NCBI GenBank assembly: GCA_965219385.1
Contig: CBDCNM010000002.1
Span: 3,234,305-3,298,304 of the forward strand
DNA: 64,000 nt
Source of the DNA: Candidatus Latescibacterota bacterium
GTDB taxonomy: Bacteria; Latescibacterota; UBA2968; UBA8231
Direction of reading: 5' to 3'
Both the position numbers and the translations under genes were made by a program. The notes below the pieces were generated by a model. That model was not told where the DNA came from and made no database searches. It worked only from the letters and a program-made list of their open reading frames with translations. Shown here piece after piece: positions 8,761-19,352 of this stretch. How positions within the stretch are numbered: position 1 is the first letter of the stretch; each line of letters begins with the position of its first letter.

Positions 8761-10892
8761 GTCCGATACGAGCTCTACTGTGGAAAGAGGGGCGGGAGGC
8801 TACCTACAAAATCGCCGCCGGCGCTGGCGTAGCTTTTTTCGTCGGTCTGGTCAATCTCTACCCGGACAGGTTTTACCCCCTCGGGACTATGAGCCATCTG
8901 GTGGGCATTTTGGGCGCGGTGCGGATGGGCATGGACGTAGTGGCCGGTGAGCGGAGCCGGGGGACGCTGCCCTTTTTGTTGAGCCGATCTCTGAGTTCAG
9001 GCCGGCTGCTGGGAGTGAAGTTCGCTGTGGGAGCAGGCGGGCTACTGGCGGTGCTGGCTGCGTACTGGGCCGGGGTGTACCTCGGGGTGTCGGAATGGGG
9101 CAATCCCAACTTCCTGTTTGGGTTTGGGATTTTCCACGATCCGTCTCTCTATGCCGCCTGGGATCTCCAGCTGGAGGAACTCCTGAAAGACGTCGGGTAC
9201 GGCCGCATGCTGCTGCTGTGGTTTTTCCTCTACCTGCTGCTGTACGCGGCGGTGTTCCTGGCTTCGGCTTTTACCGATCGTGCCCTCAAAGCAGCGGTGA
9301 CCGGCCTGATGGTGGCCTGGGTCGGCTTCTTCTTTTTGGGAATCACTGGGCAACTGTTTTCTGATGCGGCCTGGTATTATATCGTGCTGGTCTTCAAGAC
9401 TGATTTCGACCGGGAGGCCGGGATTCTGCGCCAGGCCTTCGACCCATCGCTGCTGCTGGCCAGGGTCGCGGCAGCCGCCCTGCCGGCAGTCGGCGTACTC
9501 CTGTGGGTGCGCCGGGGGGTGAGGGTGCAGGCGAGCCGGCGTTTCCAGTGGGTCGTGGGTGCGCTTGTCTTGGTGAGTTGCGGGGTCATCGTAATCGGGA
9601 AGAATGCCACGCGGTCCCACCGTGCGCGCGACCCGATCGCGCCGGTGGGCCGCCTGCCCTATGAAATGGGCGTTAAGGAGCTGGCGCTGCAAGAGGAGCT
9701 GGCGGTGGTGCTGCTGGAGCGGGGCGTGAGCGTGGTGGATGTGGCGGACCCGCGGGCGCTTGCAGAGATTGGCCGAGTGGAAATAGAGGGCTGGCGGCTC
9801 GAGCGGCTGGCCCTGTCCGGCTCCACCGCCTATGTCTGGGGAGAGACTGAGGCTCACGACAGCGTGGGCGTAGCTGTATTCGACCTGAGCCACCCCGAGC
9901 GCCCTCGACTGCAGGCGCAACGCTTGCTCCATTCCATCGAAACGGGTCCCACCCCCTGGCTGAAGCGCATTCCCCGGCTGATGGGGTGGGCCGCATGGGA
10001 GGGCCATCTGTACGCCGGCCTGCTCGGGAGCGAGTTCCTCCAACTGCACAGCTTTGACGTGCGGGAAGGCGGTCTGCCCCAACCAGTCCAGGTGCTGCCG
10101 CTCGAAGAGAGGGCCAGGCATGTCTGGAATTACGACGGGGAAATGCGCCTGGCCGGCCCGCACGCTTTTCTGACTCTGGGCCACGATTTCGTCGTCCTGG
10201 ATCTAACCGATCCCCGCCAGCCTGAAGAGCTGAGTCGGACTCCCCTGTGCCGCTTCGGACACTCCAAGCAGTATGAGGAATCCATCGAAAAACTCCATCA
10301 CCAACTGTCTCCTGGAGCGCTTCCGGACTCCGTCGCGCAGAAGCTGGATCAGGCCGGTCTATCGCTGCGGGTACTGGAGATGCGCGGGTGGAGAATCGAC
10401 GGCGAACGCATCTACCGGATCGCCGCGCCGGAGGGACTGGGCCCCATCACCCTGGGGGGCGACAGGGCCTACGTCCAGCGCCACTGGCCGGTGGAGCTGG
10501 CCGTGGTGGACATCAGTGATCCGCGGCGACCAGTGGAGGTCGATTACATCCCGGGAGGGTCGTTCTATCGTGGACTGACCATGGACGGGGATTTCGCCTA
10601 CGCTCCGGTCTGGAAGAGGATCGAGGTCTATGCCGTGACCGGGTACGGCGACATGCGGCGGCGGGAGACCTTGGGCTTTGCGGACGAGGAAAAGGATCCA
10701 CTGATTTCCGCCCTACTGGGCGGGGTTAGCAACACCGACCAAATCCTCAATATCGACGACCATATGCGCGTTGCGTTCGGCAACCACTTCGTCCGCGACC
10801 GAGTGCACAACAACATCATCCCGGCGGGCGATCATATCTACGCGGTGCTGAAGAACAATCTGGTCGTCTTCAAGGCTCTGCAGGGCGACTGA
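8757..10892 (+). CDS. ABC-2-type permease fused to C-terminal LVIVD-like repeats
   Basis: ALLWKE and GERSRGTLPFLLSRS with several TM segments, then repeats VSVVDVADPR, VAVFDLSHPERP, FVVLDLTDPRQP, LAVVDISDPRRP. Confidence 0.75.
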   Translation: MSPIRALLWKEGREATYKIAAGAGVAFFVGLVNLYPDRFYPLGTMSHLVGILGAVRMGMDVVAGERSRGTLPFLLSRSLSSGRLLGVKFAVGAGGLLAVLAAYWAGVYLGVSEWGNPNFLFGFGIFHDPSLYAAWDLQLEELLKDVGYGRMLLLWFFLYLLLYAAVFLASAFTDRALKAAVTGLMVAWVGFFFLGITGQLFSDAAWYYIVLVFKTDFDREAGILRQAFDPSLLLARVAAAALPAVGVLLWVRRGVRVQASRRFQWVVGALVLVSCGVIVIGKNATRSHRARDPIAPVGRLPYEMGVKELALQEELAVVLLERGVSVVDVADPRALAEIGRVEIEGWRLERLALSGSTAYVWGETEAHDSVGVAVFDLSHPERPRLQAQRLLHSIETGPTPWLKRIPRLMGWAAWEGHLYAGLLGSEFLQLHSFDVREGGLPQPVQVLPLEERARHVWNYDGEMRLAGPHAFLTLGHDFVVLDLTDPRQPEELSRTPLCRFGHSKQYEESIEKLHHQLSPGALPDSVAQKLDQAGLSLRVLEMRGWRIDGERIYRIAAPEGLGPITLGGDRAYVQRHWPVELAVVDISDPRRPVEVDYIPGGSFYRGLTMDGDFAYAPVWKRIEVYAVTGYGDMRRRETLGFADEEKDPLISALLGGVSNTDQILNIDDHMRVAFGNHFVRDRVHNNIIPAGDHIYAVLKNNLVVFKALQGD

Positions 10893-10905
10893 AGAAGGCA
10901 CCCAG

Positions 10906-11979
10906 ATGCGCCTGTTTGCGCTGGTGTCGTCAGAGAGGGTCCTCCACTCCGCCAGCCGCAGGTCGCGACCATCACTGGCGAAATCCGGGAGCCAGCCTCG
11001 CGGGAAGTCGCGTTTGACTACCAGCCGCCGTCGGCGCTGGGCAGCTCCGAGCAGCGCGTCGTGCTCGACAGCCAGAACCGCTTTACCCTCACGCTGCCTG
11101 TCACCCGAGGGATCCTCGTCAGGGGGCATTACGGTGGCGGGCAACGCGGATGGAAGTGGGTGCGGTGGACGGGGTCCTTCCTCTTCAGGCCCAGTCCCCT
11201 GGTCCTCTTCGTCGAACCCGGGGACAGTCTGCACGTCGCCATGGATCCGGGCTATTTCTCTCCTTCCTTCCGGTTCAGTGGCCCCAACGCGGCCAACAGC
11301 CGCTTCACGGCCGAGTGGCTCCCGCGATTGCTCTCGTTCCGCTTGGACTACGAGGATCTGGAGGTGGAGGAGTTTTCTCGCCAGGTGGACCAGTGGCGGC
11401 GGAATCAGTTCGAATTCCTGGCCGAGGGGCGCGAGAAATACGAGCTTTCGCCGGGATTCATCGACTATGCGACGGCCTACTTCAACTACGGGTGGGCCAG
11501 ACTCATGATTTCCTACCCGACGGAGTACGAGTTTGCCAACGGTCACAAGAACAAAGATATCGCCCCGGAGTACTACGACTTTCTGCAGGAAATCCCTCTG
11601 GTCGACGAAAAGGCCATGGGCGTGGGAAATTATCGTACCTTTCTGGAGCGGACCCTGGACTGGGAGTTGGACGAGGCGCCCAGACCATCCAGGCTGTCCG
11701 AGATATTCGATCTATCGGATTTGGAGTTGTCAGAGGGGACCGAGGCCCAACTCGACTCCCTGTACGAAGCGGTCCAGCCTGTCGAAAATGGTCAATCTGT
11801 CAGCGATTGCTTTGTCGCCAGCGGCCCAGGCCCGGCTCGACTCGATGTACGAAAAGAAGAGATGGCCCAGGCTATCCCAGATGTACGATTTGTCGAGATT
11901 GGGTCTATCGGAGGCTGAAGCGGCCCAACTCGACTCATTCTACGAAAAGAGTCTGGAGTGGCAGCAAGCAGAAGGATAA
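10906..11979 (+). pseudogene. Frameshifted, truncated exported protein (resembles the N-terminal part of TlpA/redoxin-type proteins)
   Basis: The ATG at 10906 is out of frame with the coding body (VATITGEIREP...LFVEPGDSLHV...FSGPNAANSRF). A second frame change occurs near 11770, and no CxxC domain is reached. Confidence 0.5.
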
Positions 11980-12044
11980 AGCAAGAAAATATCATCACCG
12001 CGTTCTTCCCGACTTGGAAAATCCCATTGGCTGGGGTTCGAATA

Positions 12045-13502
12045 TCACTTCTTCTTACTCCTCTTGAGCGTGATGTCCCCGTCCGTCCGCACGTGCACCT
12101 GCGTGCCGGCATGGCCCAATTCGAGGCGGGCGCTCCTGCGGTCATTTTCTTCAGTGAACAGCGGGAAGTCCGAACGGATCTTGCCGCTATTGGTCTGCAA
12201 CCTGGCCTGAATGTCGGCGCCGGCGGGGATGTGTAGTTTGATGGATCTGCCGGTAGTAAAGAGTTCGACGCGACCGGTGGCGGGGAAGGCTGCCACGCTG
12301 GATACTTCGATGGGGCTGTTATGGCCGTTGATGGCGAGCGATCCAGCACTGCCCTTGACGACGACGTAATTGTAGGAATTGGCGATGGTCGCGTCGCCCT
12401 TGATGCCTTCCACCACGACACTGCAGGAATTGCCATCGATGCGCAAGTCGCCACCGATTTCTTCGGCGACTATGGGATTGTAGGAGGTGCGTATGGTGGC
12501 GTTCTGATCAATGCGTTCGACGGTGACTGAGCTGGAGGAGCCGCGAATTTCCAGGTTGCCGCCGACGCGGTTTACCATGATCGGGTTATAGCTCGATTCG
12601 ATGTGTGCATTGCCCCTGATGCCGGCGACTTTGACCTTGCCGCTCTGGGCGCTGACCGACAGGCTGCCCATGACGTTATCGACGACGACTGGGTTGTACG
12701 AGGTAGAGATAGTGCAGTCGGCGCCGATGTCCCGGCCTTCGACCCGGCTGCTCTGCGCGTTGATGTGCAACGCGCCGTCGACGCCGACCTCGGATACGGA
12801 TTTGTAGCTGGTGCGCACGGTGGCATTGCCGGCGATGTCGCGCAGAGACACCTCGCTGCTGGTGCCCCGGTAGTTGATGTCTCCCATAAAAGTGGCAACT
12901 TCCAGGGCGGCGTAATTATTGTGCGCGTCGAGCAGCCCACCGGAGTTTTCCACGCTGATGCGCCCGGAGTTATTGTTGATGCGAATCTCGCCCTCGACGC
13001 CCTCGATGTGGATGTCGCCGAATTCATTAGCAATATTGAGCCCGTAGCGCGAAGGCACGTGGATGCGCAGCATGGCCGACATGGAGACGCGGTCTCGCCC
13101 CTGATCTTCTCCGCGATGGAACATCCGGCGCAGAAAGCCGGGAGATTCTCTCTTATCTTCCGACTCCTCTTCTTGCCGATCGGGGATCTTGAGTACAGCG
13201 CGGAAGTCTTCGCCGCGGGGTTCGAACAGGAGTTGGGTTGCGGCGAAGAAAACGTCCCTGGCTTCGGCGTTGCCGCCGCTGAGTTCGACTGTGGCTTCTA
13301 TGGCGATTTCGTCCTGGTCCGATCCGCTGACGACGATCTCGGCATGGTGCGCTTCCAGGTAGAGGGTCTGGCCCGGAGCGGTGACAATGTTTTGCGCGAA
13401 CCTCCTTTGTTCCGGCGTGAGAGAATTGGCCTGAGCCGCGGCATCGAAGGCGAATAGAACGGCCAGCGTCGCGGTGTAGTGGGCGAGGTGTCTCGTTTTC
13501 AT
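12045..13502 (-). CDS. DUF4097 family beta-strand repeat protein, secreted
   Basis: Signal peptide, repeated TSYNPI.V..I.G.L.I units, C-terminal TNSGKIRSDFP...DGDITL; lies downstream of an ECF sigma gene. Confidence 0.85.
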   Translation of the reverse strand: MKTRHLAHYTATLAVLFAFDAAAQANSLTPEQRRFAQNIVTAPGQTLYLEAHHAEIVVSGSDQDEIAIEATVELSGGNAEARDVFFAATQLLFEPRGEDFRAVLKIPDRQEEESEDKRESPGFLRRMFHRGEDQGRDRVSMSAMLRIHVPSRYGLNIANEFGDIHIEGVEGEIRINNNSGRISVENSGGLLDAHNNYAALEVATFMGDINYRGTSSEVSLRDIAGNATVRTSYKSVSEVGVDGALHINAQSSRVEGRDIGADCTISTSYNPVVVDNVMGSLSVSAQSGKVKVAGIRGNAHIESSYNPIMVNRVGGNLEIRGSSSSVTVERIDQNATIRTSYNPIVAEEIGGDLRIDGNSCSVVVEGIKGDATIANSYNYVVVKGSAGSLAINGHNSPIEVSSVAAFPATGRVELFTTGRSIKLHIPAGADIQARLQTNSGKIRSDFPLFTEENDRRSARLELGHAGTQVHVRTDGDITLKRSKKK

Positions 13503-13518
13503 TTTGCTGCGCTCCGGA

Positions 13519-14436
13519 TCAGGAATCGGTGGTCTTGGCCATGGCCGGATTGTCGATGATTTCCTGCAGGGCTTTCTTCTTGTCCTGCAGGGCGATGAGC
13601 AGATAGCGCCGGATGTGGGCGTTGGCCGGGTTATTGTGCAGCGCCTCTTTACAGTAGGCGATCTGGGCGTCGATGGTCTCCAGTTTGTCCCGGTAGAGCA
13701 GCATCAGGGATAGGTCCATGCGCGCCATGCGGGCAGCGGCCGTCCCTTCCAGGGCGGCGATGGCTGCGATGTACTGGCGCTCGGTTTCTTCTACCTGCTC
13801 CAAGGTGGATTGGGAAAAGAGGCGCAACTGGGTGGTCGTGGTCGGCGCGGCGATATAGGAGCCAATACCAATGCCGATGGCGAGGACGGCCGCCGCTTTA
13901 TAAATGGAAGAGGAATGTCGGCGAAAAAGCCGGACCAGACTTCTATTCTCGCGGTCCATTTCCGCCTGTTTGTACTCTTCGATGGCGAAGAGTACAAAAC
14001 ATTCGCGCATGCGCTCGGGCAGAGCCCTTATGGCTTCTTCGAGTTGCAGGCGCAGGTCGCTCTGCGGCCGCTGGGTAGTTTCGGGGATATAGGGCACTTG
14101 CATCTTCTGGCGTTTCCTCTTGTCCAGCGCATCGTGACAGACGTTGATGGCAATGCGAATGAGATAGGTGCTGAACCGGGCGTCGAAACGGAAATTGCCA
14201 ATGCCGCGATAGAGTTTTATAAAGGTCGTCTGCACCGCGTCCTCGGCGTCTTCGCGCCGGCCCAGCATGTGCAGGGCGACGCGCAGCAGCGGCTGGCTGA
14301 AGTGCCGATATATGTCCTCATAGACGCTCAAATCTCCCTGCTGGCACCGCTCGACGAGGTGGCGTTCGTTTTCCAATTCGGCGGGCACGTAAGCGCTTCT
14401 CCGGGGTCTCGTTTCAGCTGCGGTTTGGGCAGACAT
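13519..14436 (-). CDS. ECF sigma factor lacking most of region 4, fused in frame to an anti-sigma-like TM/C-terminal segment
   Basis: Region 2 is present (DAEDAVQTTF...FSTYLIRIAIN). LPERMRECFVL...YKQAEM then switches to a TM segment (KAAAVLAIGIGIG) and a helical tail. Confidence 0.7.
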   Translation of the reverse strand: MSAQTAAETRPRRSAYVPAELENERHLVERCQQGDLSVYEDIYRHFSQPLLRVALHMLGRREDAEDAVQTTFIKLYRGIGNFRFDARFSTYLIRIAINVCHDALDKRKRQKMQVPYIPETTQRPQSDLRLQLEEAIRALPERMRECFVLFAIEEYKQAEMDRENRSLVRLFRRHSSSIYKAAAVLAIGIGIGSYIAAPTTTTQLRLFSQSTLEQVEETERQYIAAIAALEGTAAARMARMDLSLMLLYRDKLETIDAQIAYCKEALHNNPANAHIRRYLLIALQDKKKALQEIIDNPAMAKTTDS

Positions 14437-14484
14437 TCATCTCATCCGGGTCGCGGGGCGCTTTTGCCATTGGTCTTTAACTGA

Positions 14485-14514
14485 TTAGACCGGAGGATAA
14501 GCGGCAAAGGTTGC
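14485..14514 (-). promoter_or_regulatory. Putative ECF-sigma promoter
   Basis: GCAACC-17 bp-GGTCTAA on the minus strand, about 50 bp upstream of the ECF gene. Confidence 0.55.
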
Positions 14515-14949
14515 CCCCATTGACCTGTTCATTATCAAGGCTGTTGGCATGGCAGCTTCCAGTCCAAAGGGAGACAATGATTTTGACCAAGATAAAATAT
14601 GGGGCTATATTGTTAAATCTGTCCTGCCTGAATCCCAGAGCGATGTAGAGTAGCAGTTTGAGCGGCGTGCCCCTTGGAGCAACGGCGAGGCCTTCGTGCG
14701 GTTGCTGAAAAGGAGTTTCTGGGGTTCTCTGCCCGCCAGGGGCAGGCTCCACAGAGAAACCGTGGGCCGGCTCCGGCACCCGCGTTGGCCCGCAACGACT
14801 CGCTCCCGTGCGGCAGAGCGGCGGGAAGTACAAAAATGCTGCAATGGCCATGCTCGGATCCTGAGCGGCCACTTGGCTCGCCCGTTTCCCGGCGTGGCCG
14901 AGCTCAGTCACCCAACCGCTGGTTAAAGAAATGTTGACACTGTTCAATC

Positions 14950-16173
14950 ATGGGGCACATCTCCGCGCAACGGCTGTACCAGGCGGGGAAAGCCTATCTC
15001 GATTTCGCCCTCGGTCAGCCCAAGTACTTGCGAGATGCGCTACGTCCCAGCCCACATCCTCAGTGCGGACGAGATTCCCTGCAGGTGTCGGAGCACGCCC
15101 AGGGCCTGATCTCCATGTACCTGCGCGGTTGCCTTGAGATGGGAGCCGAGCGCCGTCACTATCGCGCCTTGAGCCGGCGCGGGATCGCGGGCCTGGCCGC
15201 CTGGCTCCTGCTGGCCTGCGGCCCGGTTGCGGCCGCGGAGATCGCGCGGCCCGGCGAAGAGCTGGTGCTGAGCATCGATGAGGCGGTGGACTTAGCCCTG
15301 GAGCGCAACCGCGAGCTGGCCGAGGCGCGACTGATCCGGACCGAAGCCGATAAGCAGGCCTCTGAAGCTTGGGGGGAGATCTTCCCGCAGATCGATTTCT
15401 CCGCCAGGTACGCCCGCAACATTTCGCCCGCCGTCTCCTTCGTTCCGGCGAACGTCTTCGATCCCACTGCGCCGGAAGGGGAGTTCCTGTCGCTGCAATT
15501 CGGGGCCGACAACAGCTGGCAAAGCGCCCTCACCCTGCGGCAGCCCCTGTTCTACCCGGGCGCCGTCGTCGGTCTTGGCGCCGCCAAACGCTTCCAGCGG
15601 CTGCAGCGGGAGATGGTCCGTGGCCGCGCCCAGCAAGTGGTGACGCGGGTCCGTCTCCTCTGCTACGACCTGCTGCTGCGCGCTGAGGAGGTGCGCCTCA
15701 CCGAACGCTCCCTCGAACGCCTGCGCCAGGCTCTCGAAGAGACGCGCGGCCGCGCCCGGGCGGGGCTGGCCTCCGAGTACGACGTGCTCCGGCTGGAGGT
15801 TGAACTGGCTAACCTGGAGCCGCTTCTGCTGCGCGCCCGCAACGCCGTGGCCTCGGTCCGGCGCCAACTCGCCGTCGAGCTGGCCGTGGACGATCCCGGC
15901 CGGCTGTGGCTATCGGAGAGCGGGGCGCTCACCGAGGCCACAGCGGCCCTCGGCCCGCCGCCGCCGACCACAGATCTCGTGGAGGCGGCGCCGGCCCAGC
16001 GCTCCGACGTGCGCCAGCTTGAGCATACCGCCGAGCTGCGCAGGGTCCAGGTGCGGCGCGAAAAGGCCGAGTACCTGCCCACCGTCTCCTTCTTCGCCAC
16101 CTGGGACGTGCAGGCGCAGCCTAACGAGCCTCGCCCATCATCAGCATATCCGCGGCAGGTGCTCCCCACCTAA
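14950..16173 (+). pseudogene. C-terminally truncated TolC family outer-membrane protein, preceded in frame by TetR-like fragments
   Basis: LSIDEAVDLALERN, GLASEYDVLRLEVELAN and AEYLPTVS are present, but the ORF ends early in the second OEP repeat. The N-terminal GKAYLDFALGQPKY resembles a TetR C-terminal domain. Confidence 0.75.
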
Positions 16174-16620
16174 ACGGTCAATGATACGGCACGTCCCGAG
16201 CGGACTGCGGGCGCTGACAATACCCGATTTGCTCTGACCAACCTCGCCGATGCGGCTGGCCTGCCCACCGTGCGGATGGGATTTGATGATCTGGAGGGCT
16301 GCATCTACCTGATCCGGCGGCACGAAGGCGATGAAGCGGCCCTCGTTCGCCACGTAATGGGGATCGAGTCCCAGGATTTCGCAGGTGCCCCGCACTTGAT
16401 CGCTGACGGGGATCGAGGTTTCGTTGATCTCGATGGGCAGACGGGCGGCGGCGGCGATCTCCACCAGGGTGCTGGCCAGGCCTCCTCGGGTCAGGTCCCG
16501 CAGACAGTGAACGTCGATCCCGGCTTGTAGCAGGTTCAGCACCATATCTGCGACACAGGCGCTGTCGCTTTCGATGGCTGACTCGAACTCAAGCCCTTCG
16601 CGGACGGCCATGATGGCAAT
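16141..16620 (-). pseudogene. hypE: C-terminal fragment of hydrogenase maturation protein HypE
   Basis: IAIMAVREGL.FES.IESD, LRDLTRGGLA, CEILGLDP.YVANEG and the diagnostic terminal LPRIC. Confidence 0.88.
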
Positions 16621-17358
16621 GCTGTCGCCCTCCTCGTAGGGATCGGCCCCTCGGCCCAGCACGTCCTGCAGCCAGCGATAGCGGATGCGAAGGCTCGTGT
16701 CCGTCGACAGCTCGCGCCTCGCTTCCGCCGAGAGAGCGAGCTGCACATAACTCTGATTGCCGTCCTCCGGCGGATCAGATGGATCGGCAATCTCCGACGA
16801 ATAGCGGCGCAGACCCAGGTCGCCATCCAGCTCGGCGACGAAGCCGGCCAGCGACTGCTCCGCGGTCCCGCTCAACAGGTGCTCGACGAAGCCATATCCG
16901 GATGCTCGCGGATAAGCCCGATAGCCCAGCGTGTACCCGACATCTGGATGCCACGACGGCTGAAGTTGCACCCATTGCAGCCGCACATCCCCCTGGACGT
17001 AGTCGTAGTGGCCGTAGTTCGGGTGGTCGAGCCAGGTGCTCACCTCCGCGTCGAGCCAGAGGGCTCCGCTCTCTGTCACGAGGGGCACGTAGCCGGCTCC
17101 CACACTGTGCGTGTGACTGAACAGGTCGTCGTTCTCGTCGAACACGCTCGCCGAGCCGGTGTAGTAGAGCGTCCCGTAGGCCGGCAGGTCGACGTCGAGG
17201 TTGACGAACGTATTCGTCATCAGGTCCGACTGACGCGCAGCCGTGCCGTAGATGTTGTCGGAATACGAGGACATGATGAACACACTCGGATGAAGCTGGG
17301 CTTCCGAGGGTGCCGACCACAGCAGAGTTAGGAATGGAATGAGAGAGCGGCGCAGCAT
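16621..17358 (-). pseudogene. N-terminal part of an outer-membrane beta-barrel-like protein, fused in frame to the hypE fragment
   Basis: Signal peptide, YSDNIY and alternating aromatic beta-strands; changes abruptly to HypE sequence near 16620. Confidence 0.6.
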
Positions 17359-17371
17359 AGTTCGATCCCCG

Positions 17372-17400
17372 TTAGACGGAGGCGGCGTCGATGTGGTTTA
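17372..17400 (-). promoter_or_regulatory. Putative ECF promoter TAAAC-N17-CGTCTAA
   Basis: Lies directly upstream of ATG 17358; the same motif recurs at 21584-21612 on the plus strand. Confidence 0.6.
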
Positions 17401-17428
17401 ACCGACGCCGCCTCGTCGAGGGGTTCCC

Positions 17429-17857
17429 CTACTTGCCGCGACCGCGATGGCCGCCACGCCGACCGCGGGGCCTGTCTTTGCGATGCTCCTCTCGCAGCTC
17501 CGCTCGCAACTCTTCGAGCCGCTCGAACTGCGTCTCGGTCAGCACCGTCTTCAGCTCGATGTCGGTCTCTTCTCGCAGCGTTTTCATCTGCTCGCGTACC
17601 TCACGCCGCGCCTCTCGATTGGCTTCGCGGACGCCCTCGATCAGCTCCTTGCGCTTCTCGTCTCTCGCGGTCTTGATCGCCTCGACCTGAGTCTTCTGCT
17701 CGTCGCTCAGGTCGAGCTGCTCGATCATGTTCGCGCGCGCCTCAGCGCGCCTTTCTCCGTAGGGGCCTGGGCCCGGGCCGGCGGCGGCCGGCAGCGACCA
17801 CAGCGTCAGCGCGGCGAAGGCAAGGACAGCGATGATGGGGTGGGTAATTGCGTTCAT
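17429..17857 (-). CDS. Spy/CpxP-like periplasmic helical protein
   Basis: ATG 17857 with GGAGG, signal peptide, LDLSDEQKTQV and VLTETQ motifs. Confidence 0.75.
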   Translation of the reverse strand: MNAITHPIIAVLAFAALTLWSLPAAAGPGPGPYGERRAEARANMIEQLDLSDEQKTQVEAIKTARDEKRKELIEGVREANREARREVREQMKTLREETDIELKTVLTETQFERLEELRAELREEHRKDRPRGRRGGHRGRGK

Positions 17858-17921
17858 GAGTCGTCCTCCATTCGTGTGAGTGATGGACCTGACGATCAGG
17901 TCTGCTGCCTCTTTCACACGA

Positions 17922-17950
17922 TTAGACAACTCGGAGCTGCGATTCATTCC
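17922..17950 (-). promoter_or_regulatory. Putative ECF promoter GGAAT-N17-TGTCTAA
   Basis: Same boxes and spacing at 19352-19380 and 19455-19483; variant TGTCAAA at 21522-21550. Confidence 0.65.
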
Positions 17951-17957
17951 ATCGGGC

Positions 17958-18365
17958 TTACGGCCGCTTGCCGCGCCGATGCGGCGGCGGGCCTCGCCGT
18001 TTGACGAACCGCTTGTGCCGCTCCATGTGCTCCCGCAGCCGCTGGCGCTGGTCGTCGGTGAGCAGGGGCAGCAGCGCCGCTTCGACCGAATCCAGGTGAG
18101 CCCTCCGCGCCCGGTCTCTTTCGATTCGTTGAGCGCGCATGCGCTCAACGACGGAGCGCAGCACAGTGCGGATGGCCTCGCGCCTGTCGTCGTCGATCGG
18201 TTCGAGGATCCGCTCGATACTGGCGGTGAAGTAAGCGGGGCGAGCCATGTTCAGGACCGGGCGAAAGCGATGACGCTGATAGACGCCGAAAGCGAGCGCC
18301 CCGAGCAGCATGCCCAGCAGCAGGGTGGCTATGAGGATGGCGACGCTCTTGGTGCCGGATGTCAT
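17958..18365 (-). CDS. Membrane-anchored periplasmic helical protein (Spy/ZraP-like) of the ECF operon
   Basis: N-terminal TM segment, LLTDDQRQRL motif, operon context. Confidence 0.65.
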   Translation of the reverse strand: MTSGTKSVAILIATLLLGMLLGALAFGVYQRHRFRPVLNMARPAYFTASIERILEPIDDDRREAIRTVLRSVVERMRAQRIERDRARRAHLDSVEAALLPLLTDDQRQRLREHMERHKRFVKRRGPPPHRRGKRP

Positions 18366-18367
18366 GG

Positions 18368-18790
18368 TTACAGCTCCATGATCTCTGCCGTTTCGACCGT
18401 GACCGCGGGGATGGCGAATGCGATCTCGAGGATGGAAGCATCCTCGTTGCCCAACAGGTCGCGGTCTTGCCAGTTCAATGCGGCCAGGACCAGCGCGAGA
18501 GCCAGCGTCACCGGTACGAGCGGCCTGAACACCCGCAGCAGTCTGTCCGCGAGACTAACCGACTCGCGCCGCTCGCGTCGCAGGCGCGCCACTACGCGGG
18601 TGGAGAAGTGCGGCTCGAAGCGCTCGGCCTTCGAGGTCGATACGAGATTCTGGACGCGACGCAGCTCCTCCCACTCGGCGCGGAAGTCGCCGTCCTCGGC
18701 CAGCAACCGATCAAAACGAGCCTTCTGCGCCTCGTCGAGCTCATCGCTCAAGGCCAGCATCAACAGCTCTTCTCGTTCACTCTTGCTCAT
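18368..18790 (-). CDS. Putative anti-sigma factor
   Basis: Overlaps the ECF stop; LALSDELDEAQKARFDRLL...W N-terminus and a single TM segment. Confidence 0.75.
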   Translation of the reverse strand: MSKSEREELLMLALSDELDEAQKARFDRLLAEDGDFRAEWEELRRVQNLVSTSKAERFEPHFSTRVVARLRRERRESVSLADRLLRVFRPLVPVTLALALVLAALNWQDRDLLGNEDASILEIAFAIPAVTVETAEIMEL

Positions 18791-19352
18791 TGACAACCCT
18801 CCCCTGCAAGATCGTCTTCAAGCTCGACATGCCGCGCGACAGCCGCGACAGGACCGTCCCCTCGGGTATCCCTAGCGCCTCCGCCGTCTCCCTGGTCGAG
18901 TACTCCTTGATCATCCGCAGCACGACGACCGCGCGGCGCTCCGGCTTGAGTTGCTGCAGCGCCGTATGCACCTCGGCGCGAGTGTCCGCCTGCTCCTGAA
19001 TCGCCCTGCCGTCCGTCGTCGTCGGCGGAGCCGGGTCCTCGTCCCGGTCCAGGCTCCAGAATTGCCAGCGAGCCTTCTGGCGGCTCTTCGACGCATTCAG
19101 GGACAGGTTGATGGCGATCCTGGTCAGATAGGTGCCGAGCGCCGACTCGCCGCGGAACCGGTCCAGCGCGGCGTGGAAGCGGATGAACGTCTCCTGACCG
19201 ACATCCTCGGCATCCGGGCCCTGTCCCAGCATCCCTACGACCGTGGCGGCAATCTGAGATTCATACCTGTCCACCAGCATGCGAAATGCTCCATCGTCTC
19301 CATCGCGGGCTCTCTCTACGAGCTCCAGGTCGGACGGTTGGTCTCCAGTCAT
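18777..19352 (-). CDS. ECF RNA polymerase sigma factor
   Basis: DAEDVGQETF, FRGESALGTYLTRIAIN, YSTRETAEALGIPEGTVLSRLSRG. Confidence 0.95.
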   Translation of the reverse strand: MTGDQPSDLELVERARDGDDGAFRMLVDRYESQIAATVVGMLGQGPDAEDVGQETFIRFHAALDRFRGESALGTYLTRIAINLSLNASKSRQKARWQFWSLDRDEDPAPPTTTDGRAIQEQADTRAEVHTALQQLKPERRAVVVLRMIKEYSTRETAEALGIPEGTVLSRLSRGMSSLKTILQGRVVNEQE

